Made by a program: the position numbers and the translations under genes
NCBI GenBank assembly: GCA_963705255.1
Contig: OY970061.1
Location: 1,536,001 to 1,600,000, forward strand
Direction: 5' to 3'
Length of the DNA: 64,000 nt
Origin: an uncultured Methanoregulaceae archaeon
Lineage (GTDB): Archaea; Halobacteriota; Methanomicrobia; Methanomicrobiales; Methanospirillaceae
The notes under the pieces: generated by a model
Databases searched by the model: none
What the model saw: only the letters and a program-made list of their open reading frames with translations
What the model was told of the DNA's origin: nothing
In this document: one piece after another, positions 51,227 to 62,817 of the stretch
Layout of the letters: every line of letters starts with the position of its first letter
Position numbering within the stretch: the first letter of the stretch is position 1

Positions 51227-51796
51227 GTTCACACCTCTATCAACAGGAAATCTCGTAAAACAGTATTTAAACTCACGCGAAAAATTCCTAGAAATGATGA
51301 TTAATGGTGGGTAGCACGATTAACCGGATTTTGTAAATTTCATGCACGGGGGTAACATCCAATAGTTAATTTTTGATTGTTTTTCGGCAGGTAATGGGTT
51401 TTTTTGCAATGCGCGCAAAAGACCTTCAATCCGATCGCAGAAGAGAACGTGAAGGAAGAATGAGACCGGGATAATACCGATAGAAGATCTGTCATCGGAG
51501 AACAGAACATTCAATCTCCCCGGATATCACAACTCCTCCCGGAACCGGTGAGCGGAAAAGTATAGGGAAAGGGTATAATTACCACACCGGTTTTTGGGTC
51601 AATAGCCCACTTCTATGCAGGACAACTGGCGATCGCCCGTCAGGTTCGATCCGGGACAGGCCTCCGACAGGGTTTTACCGGATAATTTTTACCGGAGAAT
51701 TCTGATCATAATTTTGAACATTTTCAATTTTTTTATAAAATCAATGTGCTTAAATAGGGAAATTGTCAATAATCATTTAAACAAGGTGCGTATCCG

Positions 51797-52252
51797 ATGA
51801 AAGCAGATGATGCAAAAAAAATCATTTCGCTCGCTATTGACCGGGAAGTGGAAGCATATTCATTTTACCGCAGTGTTTCTGACAAGGTGAAGGACCCGGC
51901 ACTGAAATCACTTTTTAACGAGCTTGCTGGCGAAGAGAAAAAACACCGGGAATTCCTCCAAGCGTTCCTCTCACGGGATGTATCAAAATTCCATTTTGAT
52001 GCCGGGAAGGACTATAAAGTCGGGGATGCCCTTCCGACACCTGCCCTGTCCGTGGGCATGAAACCCCTCGAGGGGCTTGTCATCGCCATCAAGAAGGAAC
52101 TTGAAGCGATGCAGATGTATACCCAGCTTGCCAGCCATTCGACCGATGTCGAACAGCAGCTGCTCTTTTCCCAGCTTGCAAATATGGAGAGGGCCCACAA
52201 GGCCCGGCTTGAGGATATTTACACGAATATGGCCTTCCCGGAGGCATGGTGA
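51797..52252 (+). CDS. Ferritin-like (rubrerythrin-family) protein
   Basis: Two E..A..FY/MY...E..H repeats (EEKKH, MERAH). Confidence 0.85.
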   Translation: MKADDAKKIISLAIDREVEAYSFYRSVSDKVKDPALKSLFNELAGEEKKHREFLQAFLSRDVSKFHFDAGKDYKVGDALPTPALSVGMKPLEGLVIAIKKELEAMQMYTQLASHSTDVEQQLLFSQLANMERAHKARLEDIYTNMAFPEAW

Positions 52253-52748
52253 CCGGATCGGGTACTGAAAACCAGCAGGATATATCCCGTATTTTTTTCT
52301 CTCACATTAGTTCTTCAGAAAATCCCGGTTCAGGGTGAATTGTCATCTTTTATCCCCGCAGATACCGGGCTCCATGACCAGAATTATTGGTAGTTATCAA
52401 AAAGGCATCTTTTAACCGCGCATAATCCCCAACAGGATCACTTCTTTTTTGGAGCCTGACCCCTCAGCACCCTGGAAGATCGCCCTCATCAGAACGTTGA
52501 ACTTCAGGGAATCTTAGATCCCGGATTTCACAGGTTACAGGAGGACCGTGGCATTCTTGTATCTGGCGAAGGAGGAGTCTGCAGGGGGGTTAAGGGCCGG
52601 GACAGCAAAAATATCTCCGGTCCGGGTTTCCTGCAGGGAGAGATCATCCCGGGGTAGGAAATGCCTGAAAAAAAGATGAAAGGAATTTCGCCAGAGAGTA
52701 TTCAATAAATTTATCAGGTTGTCAAAAGTAACAGTCATTAAGATCGCT

Positions 52749-52937
52749 ATGTCTGATTTGCTCACCGATATTCTGATTTATACAGGTATAGGGATTATTA
52801 CGTTCACGATTGGCATGATTCTCGGGTACCAGCTTCTGATCATGTACTATACGAAAAGGTTCATGATAGTTGCAAAAGAGTGCTCGGACACCGATTCCGT
52901 TATACCTATCGTGGATGAACTTGCCAAGGAGACGTAA
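52749..52937 (+). CDS. Small single-TM protein A
   Basis: 62 aa with N-terminal TM helix; resembles the downstream ORF. Confidence 0.55.
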   Translation: MSDLLTDILIYTGIGIITFTIGMILGYQLLIMYYTKRFMIVAKECSDTDSVIPIVDELAKET

Positions 52938-52949
52938 GGAGGAAACCCC

Positions 52950-53135
52950 ATGGTTGATGTCGTAAGTTACACCCTTATTATCATAACCTGCTTCTGCTTC
53001 GGGCTCATTGTCAGTTTCCAGATAGCGCATATCCATTACTGCAGGAAGCTTACCCTGCTGGTGAGGCGTTCCATATCCACAAAGACCATAGCGCCGGTCC
53101 TTGCCGAGTATGAGGCCCTGAAGCTGAAAAAATAA
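52950..53135 (+). CDS. Small single-TM protein B
   Basis: AGGAGG SD; 61 aa with N-terminal TM helix. Confidence 0.6.
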   Translation: MVDVVSYTLIIITCFCFGLIVSFQIAHIHYCRKLTLLVRRSISTKTIAPVLAEYEALKLKK

Positions 53136-53281
53136 TTTTTACAATAGGCCGGATACACAACACCCAACTCTTGTGTGTACTCCCAAAAATCAGCCGCTCA
53201 TCCAATAATTTTTGCTTTGGTATCTTTAACTGCCTGACCCGGGTTAAACACTCTAATACGTGGACTGCGAATAATGAGACG

Positions 53282-54070
53282 ATGCACTGTACGGTTCTTG
53301 CCAGCGGGAGCAAAGGCAACTGCATGGTAGTCGCTGGGAGCGGGGGTTCGGTCCTCGTTGATGCAGGGCTGAGCGCAAAAGAGACCCTCCTTCGCATGGA
53401 GCGTGCAGAGCTGGACGCCGGCAGGATCGAAGCGATCCTCATAACCCATGAACACGGCGATCATATCAAAGGACTCGACGTGCTCTCCCGTCGTCTCGGT
53501 ATACCGGTGTACGCGACGGGAGGGACACTTAGCGATTTCCTGACCAACCGGCGCACTTCCAATAAACCGGTGGCCAGCCACGTGTGCCGTTTTCACGAGC
53601 ATTTTTCTGTCGGGGGGTTCGTGATTGAGCCTTTTGCAACATCCCATGATGCAGCAGAGCCGTGCGGTTTTATTATCCGGGATGGGGACCTCCGGCTCGG
53701 CTGCTGCACTGACACCGGAATCATGACACCCACCATGGTCGGACTCCTGAGACTGTGCGACGGGGTCGTGCTTGAGAGCAACCACTGCCCGGAGATGCTG
53801 GAGAACGGGCCCTATCCGGAATCCCTGAAACGCAGGATTCGCTCGAAACGGGGTCATCTCTCGAACCCGGCAGCAGCCGGTTGCCTGCGTGCCTTTGGCA
53901 GAGACGTGCCAAAGGTCATCCTCGCCCACCTGAGCGAGATGAATAACACGCCGGAAAAAGCGATGCTGAGTGCCCGAGAGGGGCTCGGGCTTTTCTATGA
54001 CGAAGACCGAGTAATCATTGCCACCCAGTCAGGGACAACTGCCTCCAATTCCCAGTATATCACGCTGTAA
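53282..54070 (+). CDS. Metallo-beta-lactamase-fold hydrolase (YycJ/WalJ-like)
   Basis: LASGSKGN, THEHGDH, SHDA, LESNH, GHLSN, LAHLS. Confidence 0.88.
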   Translation: MHCTVLASGSKGNCMVVAGSGGSVLVDAGLSAKETLLRMERAELDAGRIEAILITHEHGDHIKGLDVLSRRLGIPVYATGGTLSDFLTNRRTSNKPVASHVCRFHEHFSVGGFVIEPFATSHDAAEPCGFIIRDGDLRLGCCTDTGIMTPTMVGLLRLCDGVVLESNHCPEMLENGPYPESLKRRIRSKRGHLSNPAAAGCLRAFGRDVPKVILAHLSEMNNTPEKAMLSAREGLGLFYDEDRVIIATQSGTTASNSQYITL

Positions 54071-54249
54071 GGAGGACGGCAATCCTGCATGATCCCGGTA
54101 TGCACATAACCTGAGTCCGGACCCTTGCTAAAGTGAGGATTACCGGATTTGTGCCGGTTTTATCAGAACCGGATTTTTTGTATCAAACCTGTCTGGGAAA
54201 ACAAAACGTTAATCCCATTGTCAGGGCAACATCTCAAGCGATCACCGCA

Positions 54250-55902
54250 ATGCTTTTTATGGAATTTTCCAGGACCTGTGAAAAACTTGAGGGGATTTCA
54301 GGGCGCCTGGAGATGATCGATATCATCAGCAGAGTCCTTCCTGACCTCTCGGACGAGGAACTTCCGGTCTTTGTCCGGTTCGTCATGGGGAGGATATTCC
54401 CTGACTGGAGTTCCCGGAAACTTGGCATCGGCCCCAACCTCCTCTACGAGGCGATCGGGTACGTGGCTGGCATGAAAAAAGAGCAGGTCGTCGAAAAGAT
54501 AAACAGGACAGGGGATGTCGGACAGGCGGTTGAGGAACTGCTCTCGCTGAAGTCCCAGACCACGTTCTTTCACGAGGACCTCGACATCGTGCGGGTATAC
54601 CATGAGCTGATCAGTATCGCGGAGGAGGAAGGGAAAAAGTCGCAGCGGGAGAAACTGCTCGCCGTCCGCCGTCTGCTCGGCAATGCCCACCCGCTCGAGG
54701 GGAGGTACCTGGCCCGGATCATGCTCGAAGAGCTCCGCATAGGTGTAGGGGAGGGAAGCGTTCGGGAAACCATCGCAAAAGCCTTCAGCGTAGACCCGGC
54801 TCTTGTCGAGCATGCCATGCAGGCCCTCAATGACATCGGCGAGGTTGCCCGGCTCGCAAAAAACGGGCCCGCTGCCCTGAAGGAGGTCAGGATAACCATA
54901 TTCCATCCGGTCAGGATGATGCTCGCGCAGCAGGGCACCATCGCCGACATGATCAAAGAACATGGCGAGATCGCCGCCGAGTATAAGTATGACGGTTCCC
55001 GGTTCCAGTTCCATAAAAAAGGCAACTGGGCCCGGCTCTACTCCCGCAGGCTTGAGGATGTGACCGGCGCCCTGCCCGATGTCATCCAGCAGCTGATGGG
55101 GGCAACCGACCACGATGTCATTCTGGACGGGGAGGTCATCGCGATAAAGGGCGGGAGGCCCATGCCGTTCCAGTCGGTCCTCCGCCGGTTCAGGCGCAGG
55201 CATGATATAGCGGAAGCACAGGAAGTTGTCGAGATGGTGCCGAATGTGTTCGACATCCTCTATCTGGACGGGGAGACCCTCATCGACCTGCCGTTTCACG
55301 AGCGGCGGAAAAAACTTGAAGAAGTCGTGAAGATGTACATCGCCCCGCAGGTCGTCAGCAGCGATGCCGGGGAGATAGAAAAGACCTACGATGCGGCCCT
55401 TGCAGCGGGCCATGAAGGCATCATGATCAAGGTGCCTCTTTCCCCTTACTCTCCCGGCCAGAGAGGGAAAAACTGGATCAAGATAAAACCGGAGGTCGAC
55501 ACCCTCGACCTTGCGGTCATCGGTGCCGAATGGGGGGAAGGGAAGCGTGCGCACTTCTTCGGCTCGTTCCTCCTCGCCTGTCAGGACCAGGGAAAACTCG
55601 TCCCGCTCAGCCGGGTGGCGACCGGGTTTTCCGATGAGCAGCTCGCCGAGGTCTATGACCTGCTGAAAGACTCCGTTATCTCGGAGGCGGGAAAGGAAGT
55701 GAGCTTCGAGCCTTCGCTTGTTTTCGAGGTGGGGTACGCGGAGCTCCAGGTCAGCCCCACGTATGAAGGCGGATTTGCCCTGCGGTTTCCCCGTTTTATC
55801 AGGATCCGGGACGACAAGGACATAACCGACGTGGAAACGATTGCCGGCATCAGGGACCGTTATCGCCGCCAGGTGAACTCGGGGCAGGCGTATCAGCAGT
55901 AA
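54250..55902 (+). CDS. lig: ATP-dependent DNA ligase
   Basis: [38 protein letters not shown]. Confidence 0.96.
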   Translation: MLFMEFSRTCEKLEGISGRLEMIDIISRVLPDLSDEELPVFVRFVMGRIFPDWSSRKLGIGPNLLYEAIGYVAGMKKEQVVEKINRTGDVGQAVEELLSLKSQTTFFHEDLDIVRVYHELISIAEEEGKKSQREKLLAVRRLLGNAHPLEGRYLARIMLEELRIGVGEGSVRETIAKAFSVDPALVEHAMQALNDIGEVARLAKNGPAALKEVRITIFHPVRMMLAQQGTIADMIKEHGEIAAEYKYDGSRFQFHKKGNWARLYSRRLEDVTGALPDVIQQLMGATDHDVILDGEVIAIKGGRPMPFQSVLRRFRRRHDIAEAQEVVEMVPNVFDILYLDGETLIDLPFHERRKKLEEVVKMYIAPQVVSSDAGEIEKTYDAALAAGHEGIMIKVPLSPYSPGQRGKNWIKIKPEVDTLDLAVIGAEWGEGKRAHFFGSFLLACQDQGKLVPLSRVATGFSDEQLAEVYDLLKDSVISEAGKEVSFEPSLVFEVGYAELQVSPTYEGGFALRFPRFIRIRDDKDITDVETIAGIRDRYRRQVNSGQAYQQ

Positions 55903-55929
55903 AGAATCCTCACGGATTCTTCTCGTATC

Positions 55930-57092
55930 TCACCCCTGTTGGGGTTCGACAAACTGAAAGAGCGTCCGCTGCGTCCGGAGTTCAGGGATGAGGGTGCTGT
56001 GCGATACCCATGAGCCGGACCCGAGAACGGCGGATGCCTTCCCGATGGCTGCATCGAGCGATCCACAGGATACCGGAGGAAGTGCCATGGCTTTTCTCGT
56101 TGCCTCGCGGATCACCCAGGTCCCAAGCGGGACCCAGTATTCGCTCGAGATGCTGCGCACCACGATCACCCGTGCGGATCGCTGAATCTTTTTCAGGTAT
56201 TCGCAGACAGCGAGCCGGGCAGAGTAATAGGCCCCCGAGATCGGGGAATAGCCGTGCTTCGTCATCCCTTCCCGGTCCTGAACGATCACCTCGTCGTCTC
56301 CGGCCCAGAGTGTCTTCCTGCCCCAGATCTCTATCATCTCGTACTTCCAGTCGCCCGGGACAATGATACATGCTATGCGGTTCCCATACAGTTCCCCGAA
56401 GAAGAGGAGGACCTCTTCAATCGGCGGGAACCGGCCGATCTCTTTTTTCAGGTCTGCCGAAATGGTGTCGTCTACTGCCGTGATCGCCCAGCGCGTGGGG
56501 ACAAACTTCCTCTTCCTGCCAAGGAGCCCGGCGGTCATCAGTTCTGAGATCCGGTATACGTCAATATCCGAATTCCTGAGGGCGAGGCAAGCGTCGGCTG
56601 CGCCAACATCGGTGTCAGAAATGATCCGGTCAACAACCCGTTCCACCCTCGCACTCCCGATGACGTCCATCTCTTTTACGGACCCGGTGAAGCCGACAGG
56701 GGCGACGGTCCCGTCAAAACTCAGGCGGAATGCAACCGGTTTTTCAAATGCCACGTCCACATCGAGAGGGACCGAGGAGATCGCGATCTCACGGATATCG
56801 TCCTCTACGGCGTGGAGTCCGCTGCTCCCCCGGATCGTGCGGGCACGGATTCCCACGATCTCCCCGATACCGAGAGCCCGCCCGATCCAGTCCGGGGGGT
56901 TGTCGGAATCATTGACCATGAGGGGCCTCCCCTCACGTCCGGATACCCGAAACTGCCGATGAACAACGAAGGGGCACGGCCTTGGTAACTGCTCGCAGGC
57001 TTCATGTCCGCCTGGGCGTGGAACCGGCTCACGATCGGGCAGCGGGCAAGGCCACACATGCCCTTTCCCTTGCACTCTGCACACCGCATCAT
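55930..57092 (-). CDS. nreA: Nre-family PCNA-interacting DNA repair protein (frameshift near 56923)
   Basis: CAECKGKGMCGLARCP, FVPTRWAITAVD, GAYYSARLAVCEYL, PLGTWVIRE; C-terminal PIP-like QRTLFQF. Confidence 0.88.
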
Positions 57093-57124
57093 ACCCGTTC
57101 ATGCCCCGGTACGCTGACGATAAC

Positions 57125-57418
57125 TTACTGGCCCCCTTTAAAAGGGGTGTCCGTGCAGACCTGCCGGAGATCCGCGGTCTTCACAACCTTGCTTGCCGGT
57201 TCTGCAAAAGAGGCCCGCCACCCCACGTCGTACCTCACCCCGCATTCAGGGCAGATGAGGATCACCCGGAAGACCTCGCGGGTGGACTTGACAGGGTTGT
57301 CCTTCTCGGCGTTCATGTTGATGAAGGAAGTATGGAACCCGTATTCATATCCACAGGCCGGGCAGATATGGAGATCATCCTCGACACTGAGCGTTGTTAT
57401 TTCGGTACTGACCGGCAT
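57125..57418 (-). CDS. Zinc-ribbon hypothetical protein
   Basis: CPACGYEYGFH...LICPECGVRYDVGW. Confidence 0.75.
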   Translation of the reverse strand: MPVSTEITTLSVEDDLHICPACGYEYGFHTSFINMNAEKDNPVKSTREVFRVILICPECGVRYDVGWRASFAEPASKVVKTADLRQVCTDTPFKGGQ

Positions 57419-57436
57419 GGATACACCTGATCCTGA

Positions 57437-58558
57437 TTAAGATTTGCCCCTGATATTAAGTTGCCTGCGGGCTGCAACAGCAGTTATAATATCAGTCGCA
57501 TTTTTCCGGCCATTGATCGCGGCATGGACCTCCCGGAAGGGTTTTGGGGTGATGTCCATGGTCTCGGCAATTTTTTTCTCCAGCATGTCCAGCGTAACAC
57601 GCCTCCCATCAACAGAAGTGCCTGCACCCATGTCTACAATCTTTTTTGCATTGTTCTGCTGTTCGGGATGGTCCGGGTCCATGATGATCAGCACCGGTTT
57701 TTCAAACAACAGGGCCTCATGCAGCGTCGTGAGACCGCCGTGCACGATCGCAATTTTTGCTTCGGCGAGGTGCTCGTACAGGTTCGGGACATACCCGTGG
57801 GACTCGAAGTTGTCCGATGATTCCGGGAGCACGGGCCCGGTATAAAAAACATCAAAGAACAGATCCTTCCGCCGGTCGGCAATCCTCTTGAGCATGAGGT
57901 ACATGGGAAGTTTGTACGGCTCGCCGCCAAAACTGGTGAAAATGGTCTTCTTGGAATAGGTGTACCGTGAAGGGTCGAATTCATAGAACGGACCGGTATA
58001 ACTGTACCGGCTTCTTTCATTTTCAGGGACCAGGATATTGTATTCGCTCACGGTGTCCGGGGCAGGATAGTCCGGGATGATGACATGTGTCGCCAGGCGC
58101 AGGTAACGCTGGATCAGGAAGTTGAGGCTTTTCCAGACCGGATTGGTCGTCCCGTTATGACCGTTGAAGTGGTTCTGGTTGGTGATAAAAATGACCGGGA
58201 CGTTCCGGAGCCGGGATGCAATCACCCCGCCATACATGGTATCGCACACAACGCAGTCAAACCGGTATTCCCGGATGAGGTTTCTTACGCTCATGGCGGA
58301 CCTCACCATATCGAACACGATCGATTTTGAGTACCACAGCGTCTTTTTCAGGCTGAAGAACCCGTTTGTCCCCTCGAGCCAGACTTCCCGGTGGATCCGG
58401 TGGATGTGCGTACACCCATGCTGGCTCATGAAATCGAAGGATTTCCCGTAGCCGGCAAAATGGACGGTGTGGCCGTGCTGCTGCATGTAATGCCCGAGAT
58501 GGAGACAGCGGGAAGCGTGTCCCAGTCCCTCGCCGCAGACGACAAAGAGGATCTTCAT
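57437..58558 (-). CDS. GT-B glycosyltransferase (MJ1255 / GT28-like)
   Basis: CGEGLGHASR, HGGLTTLHEAL, HPEQQNNA. Confidence 0.88.
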   Translation of the reverse strand: MKILFVVCGEGLGHASRCLHLGHYMQQHGHTVHFAGYGKSFDFMSQHGCTHIHRIHREVWLEGTNGFFSLKKTLWYSKSIVFDMVRSAMSVRNLIREYRFDCVVCDTMYGGVIASRLRNVPVIFITNQNHFNGHNGTTNPVWKSLNFLIQRYLRLATHVIIPDYPAPDTVSEYNILVPENERSRYSYTGPFYEFDPSRYTYSKKTIFTSFGGEPYKLPMYLMLKRIADRRKDLFFDVFYTGPVLPESSDNFESHGYVPNLYEHLAEAKIAIVHGGLTTLHEALLFEKPVLIIMDPDHPEQQNNAKKIVDMGAGTSVDGRRVTLDMLEKKIAETMDITPKPFREVHAAINGRKNATDIITAVAARRQLNIRGKS

Positions 58559-58833
58559 GAATTCCTGCCGGATGAATTGGTCCTGATTCCTGATGAAATG
58601 TTAGTCCTGCCCACCGGATCCCATAACCGGTTCTCTTGTCTTCCGGGAGCCGGGTTTTTCCGGGGCGACAATCCATGCAATGAGACAGACGATGAGACCG
58701 GTCTCAGGGAGAGGAGGGTTTCAGCGACCCGGACCAGCCGTATGACCGTCGGGTCTACGGCAGGGGGTTCACCGGGGCCGGCACCGGCACCCCCGGGCAT
58801 CTTCCCTTCAGCTGCATGGTACAGCCGCTTCAT
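58555..58833 (-). CDS. Possible short hypothetical protein
   Basis: ATG at 58833; stop overlaps the glycosyltransferase start (ATGA); low complexity. Confidence 0.3.
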   Translation of the reverse strand: MKRLYHAAEGKMPGGAGAGPGEPPAVDPTVIRLVRVAETLLSLRPVSSSVSLHGLSPRKNPAPGRQENRLWDPVGRTNISSGIRTNSSGRNS

Positions 58834-58923
58834 GCTGATGAATTTGGTTTCAAGGATTAAAAATACCGGCTCTGTTATTCCCCCGGTAACAAGAGTCTTA
58901 TAGTAACCGCAGTCCACGGCATA

Positions 58924-59431
58924 ATGGATAATGCGATGACGGGGACCGAGAATAATCCCGGAAAAGCGACGTTTGGGGCGGGGTGCTTCTGGGGGGTTGA
59001 AGCCGCATTCCGGAAGATAAACGGGGTGCTGGACACCGCTGTCGGTTACATGGGCGGGACGATGAAAAACCCGACATATGAGGACATCTGTTCCGGCAGG
59101 ACCGGGCACGCGGAAGTCGTGCAGGTCACCTATGACCCGGAAAAAGTCAGGTACAGACCAGCTCCTGGAGGTCTTCTGGTCCATTCATGACCCGACCCAG
59201 CTCAACCGGCAAGGGCCGGACATCGGGTCGAACTACCGCTCGGTGATCTTTTATCATGACGCGGAACAGGGAAAAACTGCAAGGAAATCCAAGGAAGGTG
59301 TGGAAGTGTCCGGAAGGTTCGGGTTCGGCAAGGTCGTGACCCGGATCGTGCCTGCCACGGAGTTCTACCAGGCCGAGGAATACCACCAGCGGTATTTTGA
59401 GAAACACGGCGGTGGAGGTTGCCATATCTGA
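58924..59431 (+). CDS. msrA: Peptide methionine sulfoxide reductase A (frameshift near 59156)
   Basis: [43 protein letters not shown]. Confidence 0.93.
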
Positions 59432-59484
59432 TACTCTGAACCTCCGGATCCCAATCCGCATGGCTTAATACCGATCCGGAACAG

Positions 59485-59748
59485 GTGGGTAGTATGCAAG
59501 TCTCTTCCATCCTGCAACTTATCGCCACGCTCATCGAAATCGTGATCGCGGTGGTCGGGGTCCTCATCGCAACGCAGAAGAAAAAAACGTATGGCTGGTT
59601 CATCGCCCTCACGTTTGCGCTCTTCGTGGTCTTTGACCTTGCCCGGATCCTTGCGCTGGACATCCCGGCCGACGTCTATTCCCTGATTCTGCTAGCGGCC
59701 TGCCTGTCGATGCTGTACGCAATGTGGCTGGTGTGGAAGGAGAAGTAA
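59485..59748 (+). CDS. Small 3-TM membrane protein
   Basis: Three hydrophobic segments. Confidence 0.65.
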   Translation: MGSMQVSSILQLIATLIEIVIAVVGVLIATQKKKTYGWFIALTFALFVVFDLARILALDIPADVYSLILLAACLSMLYAMWLVWKEK

Positions 59749-60071
59749 GATAGGGTGCACAAAATTTTTAAGATTGACTTGTATCATTTCCGGATAACAT
59801 ACGAAAAACTATAAACCGGCACAGGTCCGTGACCCTCGTTTTCCCGTTCAACCGGTCGTCATGAAGACGATGAACTGGATATGGGTACGTGTCAGTCGTC
59901 ATTTCTTGTTCTTTCTGCATGCTTCGAGAAAGGGAACATGGCCCGGGCAGACGCAAAAATTCTTTGCAAATGGGGCAGGGATATTCCCTGGGAAACTCTG
60001 GTACGACACAGTTTATAAACAGAATAGTTTGATCATAAAACTATTAATCCATAAAACCCAACCCTCCAGAT

Positions 60072-60512
60072 GTGACCGAGGATCTCAAGGACCGGATTGC
60101 AGTGCTTATGCTCTCCATCCTGCCGTTTTACCATAAGAAAATCTTCAGGTCGGGACACTGCGCTACCGGTATACATGCTGCACAGTACCGCACGCTCGGT
60201 GTCCTGATGAGGGAGGGCACTCCCCTTACCATGTCGGAACTGGGAAAGCGGCTGTACATATCGAAACCCTACATGACGGTACTCGTCGACCAGTTGATCG
60301 GGGACGGGTATGTCGAGCGTATGCCCGATACCCGGGACCGGAGGGTGATTAATATCAGCATCACTCCTGCCGGCAGCAGACATCTCCGGCGGGCGGGTGC
60401 GGAGTATAAGACAGATATCAAAGCAATTCTTTCCGACCTGAATGACGAAGATCTCAAAGAACTCTGCCTGTCTCTTGAAAAACTGCACAGCATTTTCGCC
60501 AAGATCAACTGA
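60072..60512 (+). CDS. MarR-family transcriptional regulator
   Basis: MSELGKRL.ISKP.MT.LVDQL...VER..D..DRRVINISITPAG. Confidence 0.9.
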   Translation: MTEDLKDRIAVLMLSILPFYHKKIFRSGHCATGIHAAQYRTLGVLMREGTPLTMSELGKRLYISKPYMTVLVDQLIGDGYVERMPDTRDRRVINISITPAGSRHLRRAGAEYKTDIKAILSDLNDEDLKELCLSLEKLHSIFAKIN

Positions 60513-60575
60513 GGAGATTATACCGATGGGCAAAGAAGTATTCCAGCGGCGAACCCCGGGACAGGGAAGGGCTGA

Positions 60576-61601
60576 ATGACAGACCCCGTTCCTGACCAGG
60601 GTGAGGCTGACAGCATCATCCGGATAGATAACATTGTAAAAATATTCAAAAGCAAGGTAAAGACCGTAACGGCGGTCAACGATGTCTCATTCACGGTGTA
60701 CCGGGGGGAGATCTTTGGTCTTCTCGGGCCGAACGGGGCCGGGAAAAGCACCCTGATACGGATCCTGACGACCCTTCTCACACCAACATCCGGGACAGCA
60801 TATCTCGATACCTACGAGATTACCCGGGATCCCGAAAAAGTCCGGAGCATTATCGGCGTCTGCCCACAAAACAGCACGCTCGACGTTGAACTTACTGCAT
60901 ATGATAATCTCGATTTTTACGGCAAACTGGTGAATGTTCCTGAAAATGTCCTCGATAAAAGAATATGGGAACTCCTCGCGATGACTGAACTGACCGATCG
61001 TGCCCACGCAAGAGTCGAGACATTTTCCGGGGGTATGCGAAGGAAACTGGAGATCGTCCGTGCTTTCATTCACCACCCGCTCATCCTGTTCCTTGACGAA
61101 CCGACGATCGGCCTTGACCCGGAGGCCCGTCGCGAAGTCTGGAAGCAGATTGCTGATCTGAATAAGGAGAAAACCACTATCATCCTGACTACGCACTATA
61201 TGGATGAGGCGGAAAAACTCTGCGACCGGATCGCTTTCATCGACCAGGGGCACCTTATCGCTCTCGATACGCTCGAAAATCTTAAACAGCTCCTCCCTGC
61301 AGGGGACCTGATCGAGATCGGTCTCGATACGATGGATGACCGCGTACTCCCGGGAATCAGGGAGAACCAACTGGTCAATTCGGCCGAATTCAAGAATAAT
61401 ACGCTGAACATCTCCGCAAAGAACGGGAGCAGAGTACTGCCCGCCATTATCAATGTCTTTGATGGTTATTCCCTTCCGATGAACTCCATATCGATCCATT
61501 CACCCTCACTGGAAGATGTGTTCATCTACCTGACCGGGAGTAAACTGGATTCGGGGACCAATGAGGGGGCAAAACCGGGTGGCAGGAGGCGGCCGTCATG
61601 A
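60576..61601 (+). CDS. ABC exporter ATP-binding protein (DrrA-like)
   Basis: GPNGAGKST, FSGGMRRKLE, LFLDEPT, TTHYMDEAE, SLEDVF. Confidence 0.92.
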   Translation: MTDPVPDQGEADSIIRIDNIVKIFKSKVKTVTAVNDVSFTVYRGEIFGLLGPNGAGKSTLIRILTTLLTPTSGTAYLDTYEITRDPEKVRSIIGVCPQNSTLDVELTAYDNLDFYGKLVNVPENVLDKRIWELLAMTELTDRAHARVETFSGGMRRKLEIVRAFIHHPLILFLDEPTIGLDPEARREVWKQIADLNKEKTTIILTTHYMDEAEKLCDRIAFIDQGHLIALDTLENLKQLLPAGDLIEIGLDTMDDRVLPGIRENQLVNSAEFKNNTLNISAKNGSRVLPAIINVFDGYSLPMNSISIHSPSLEDVFIYLTGSKLDSGTNEGAKPGGRRRPS

Positions 61602-62686
61602 TCCGGGGGGCCGTGGCAATATTCACCCGGGACTTCAAGAAATTCCTGAGCAACCCGTTCGTTGTCGTCATGACGCTCATGATGCCCATCATGTATCTCG
61701 TGATCTTCGGGAACGCGTTTGGTGGGACGATCAGTCATATACCGGTTGCCGTTGTCCAGGAAGGGCCGCCCTACAACGATACCCCGCTCTTTACCAGCGC
61801 CTCATACGCACTCAACCATATTCCGCAGACAGATTATCCCAAGCTCCTCGATGTTACCATCTATTCCGACGAGATCACGGCCAAACACGCACTTGACAAA
61901 GGGCTCGTATCCGCGGTCATCGTATTTCCGCCAGAGGCATCCAGTGACCATACCATCCGCCTGTACGTTGACAGCTCAGATTCGATCATACCTGCGCTCG
62001 TCGAGTCAGCGCTCAACGGCGTCCTCGCCAAACTCGCGGCGAACAACCCGGTGGCGATCAACAACATCTACGGGGACATAAAATACATCCAGTTCTTCGG
62101 TGTCGGTGTCATCATGATGGCAATTTTCACCTCCACCATGTTCGGCGGGGGGATAGCTCTCATCAAGGACCGTGAGGCCGGAATCCATGAGGGTTACCTG
62201 GTTACACCGGTCCAGCGTACAAGCATCATCGCCGGTATCATTTCGAGCGGGACCATCAGGGCATTCATTGCAGGCTTTACCATATTTATTATCGATATCC
62301 TCCTTACCGGCATCGTCATCCAGAGTTTCGCAGATTTCCTGCTGGTCATGCTGGTGATCCTGATTGCCTGTATCGGGGTCACCAGTCTCGTGGTCTCGTT
62401 CGCTTCACGATTTTCAGCCCAGCAGGAATATGCATCGACTGTCGCATTCCTCAATCTCATCCTGTTCATGACTTCGGGAGCGTTCTACCCGGTTATCGGT
62501 ATGCCGGACTGGCTTCGCTGGATCACCGTGATCAACCCTGAATATTACGGGGTGGACGCACTGAGAGGAATCATTCTCAGGGGACAGGGACTCGACGTGA
62601 TAGGAATGGACCTTGTCGCGCTGCTGATCTTCTCCGGTGCGATGTTCATCCTCGGTATCGTCACCTACCGCAGGACACTGGAATAG
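61598..62686 (+). CDS. ABC-2 type permease
   Basis: ATGA overlap; DREAG...LVTP, SGAFYP, MPDWL...NP. Confidence 0.9.
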   Translation: MIRGAVAIFTRDFKKFLSNPFVVVMTLMMPIMYLVIFGNAFGGTISHIPVAVVQEGPPYNDTPLFTSASYALNHIPQTDYPKLLDVTIYSDEITAKHALDKGLVSAVIVFPPEASSDHTIRLYVDSSDSIIPALVESALNGVLAKLAANNPVAINNIYGDIKYIQFFGVGVIMMAIFTSTMFGGGIALIKDREAGIHEGYLVTPVQRTSIIAGIISSGTIRAFIAGFTIFIIDILLTGIVIQSFADFLLVMLVILIACIGVTSLVVSFASRFSAQQEYASTVAFLNLILFMTSGAFYPVIGMPDWLRWITVINPEYYGVDALRGIILRGQGLDVIGMDLVALLIFSGAMFILGIVTYRRTLE

Positions 62687-62817
62687 GGAAAAATCCTGTT
62701 TTTTCAGAGGAATCAAAAAAGAGGATTATTTCCCCGGAACCCTTCAGATTCCCGGGAGAATTGCTCCGGTCTTTAGTACATAGGATAGAATTTTTCCCAA
62801 TACCCGGTGCCCTCATT

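Noticed and set aside
41446-52398. Shared 11-mer TGGTAGTTATC in two intergenic regions
   Set aside because: Only two non-palindromic copies beside unrelated genes; compatible with chance
58834-59184. 209-aa minus-strand ORF 58555..59184
   Set aside because: Its 5' part is antisense to msrA; at most the portion from 58833 is real
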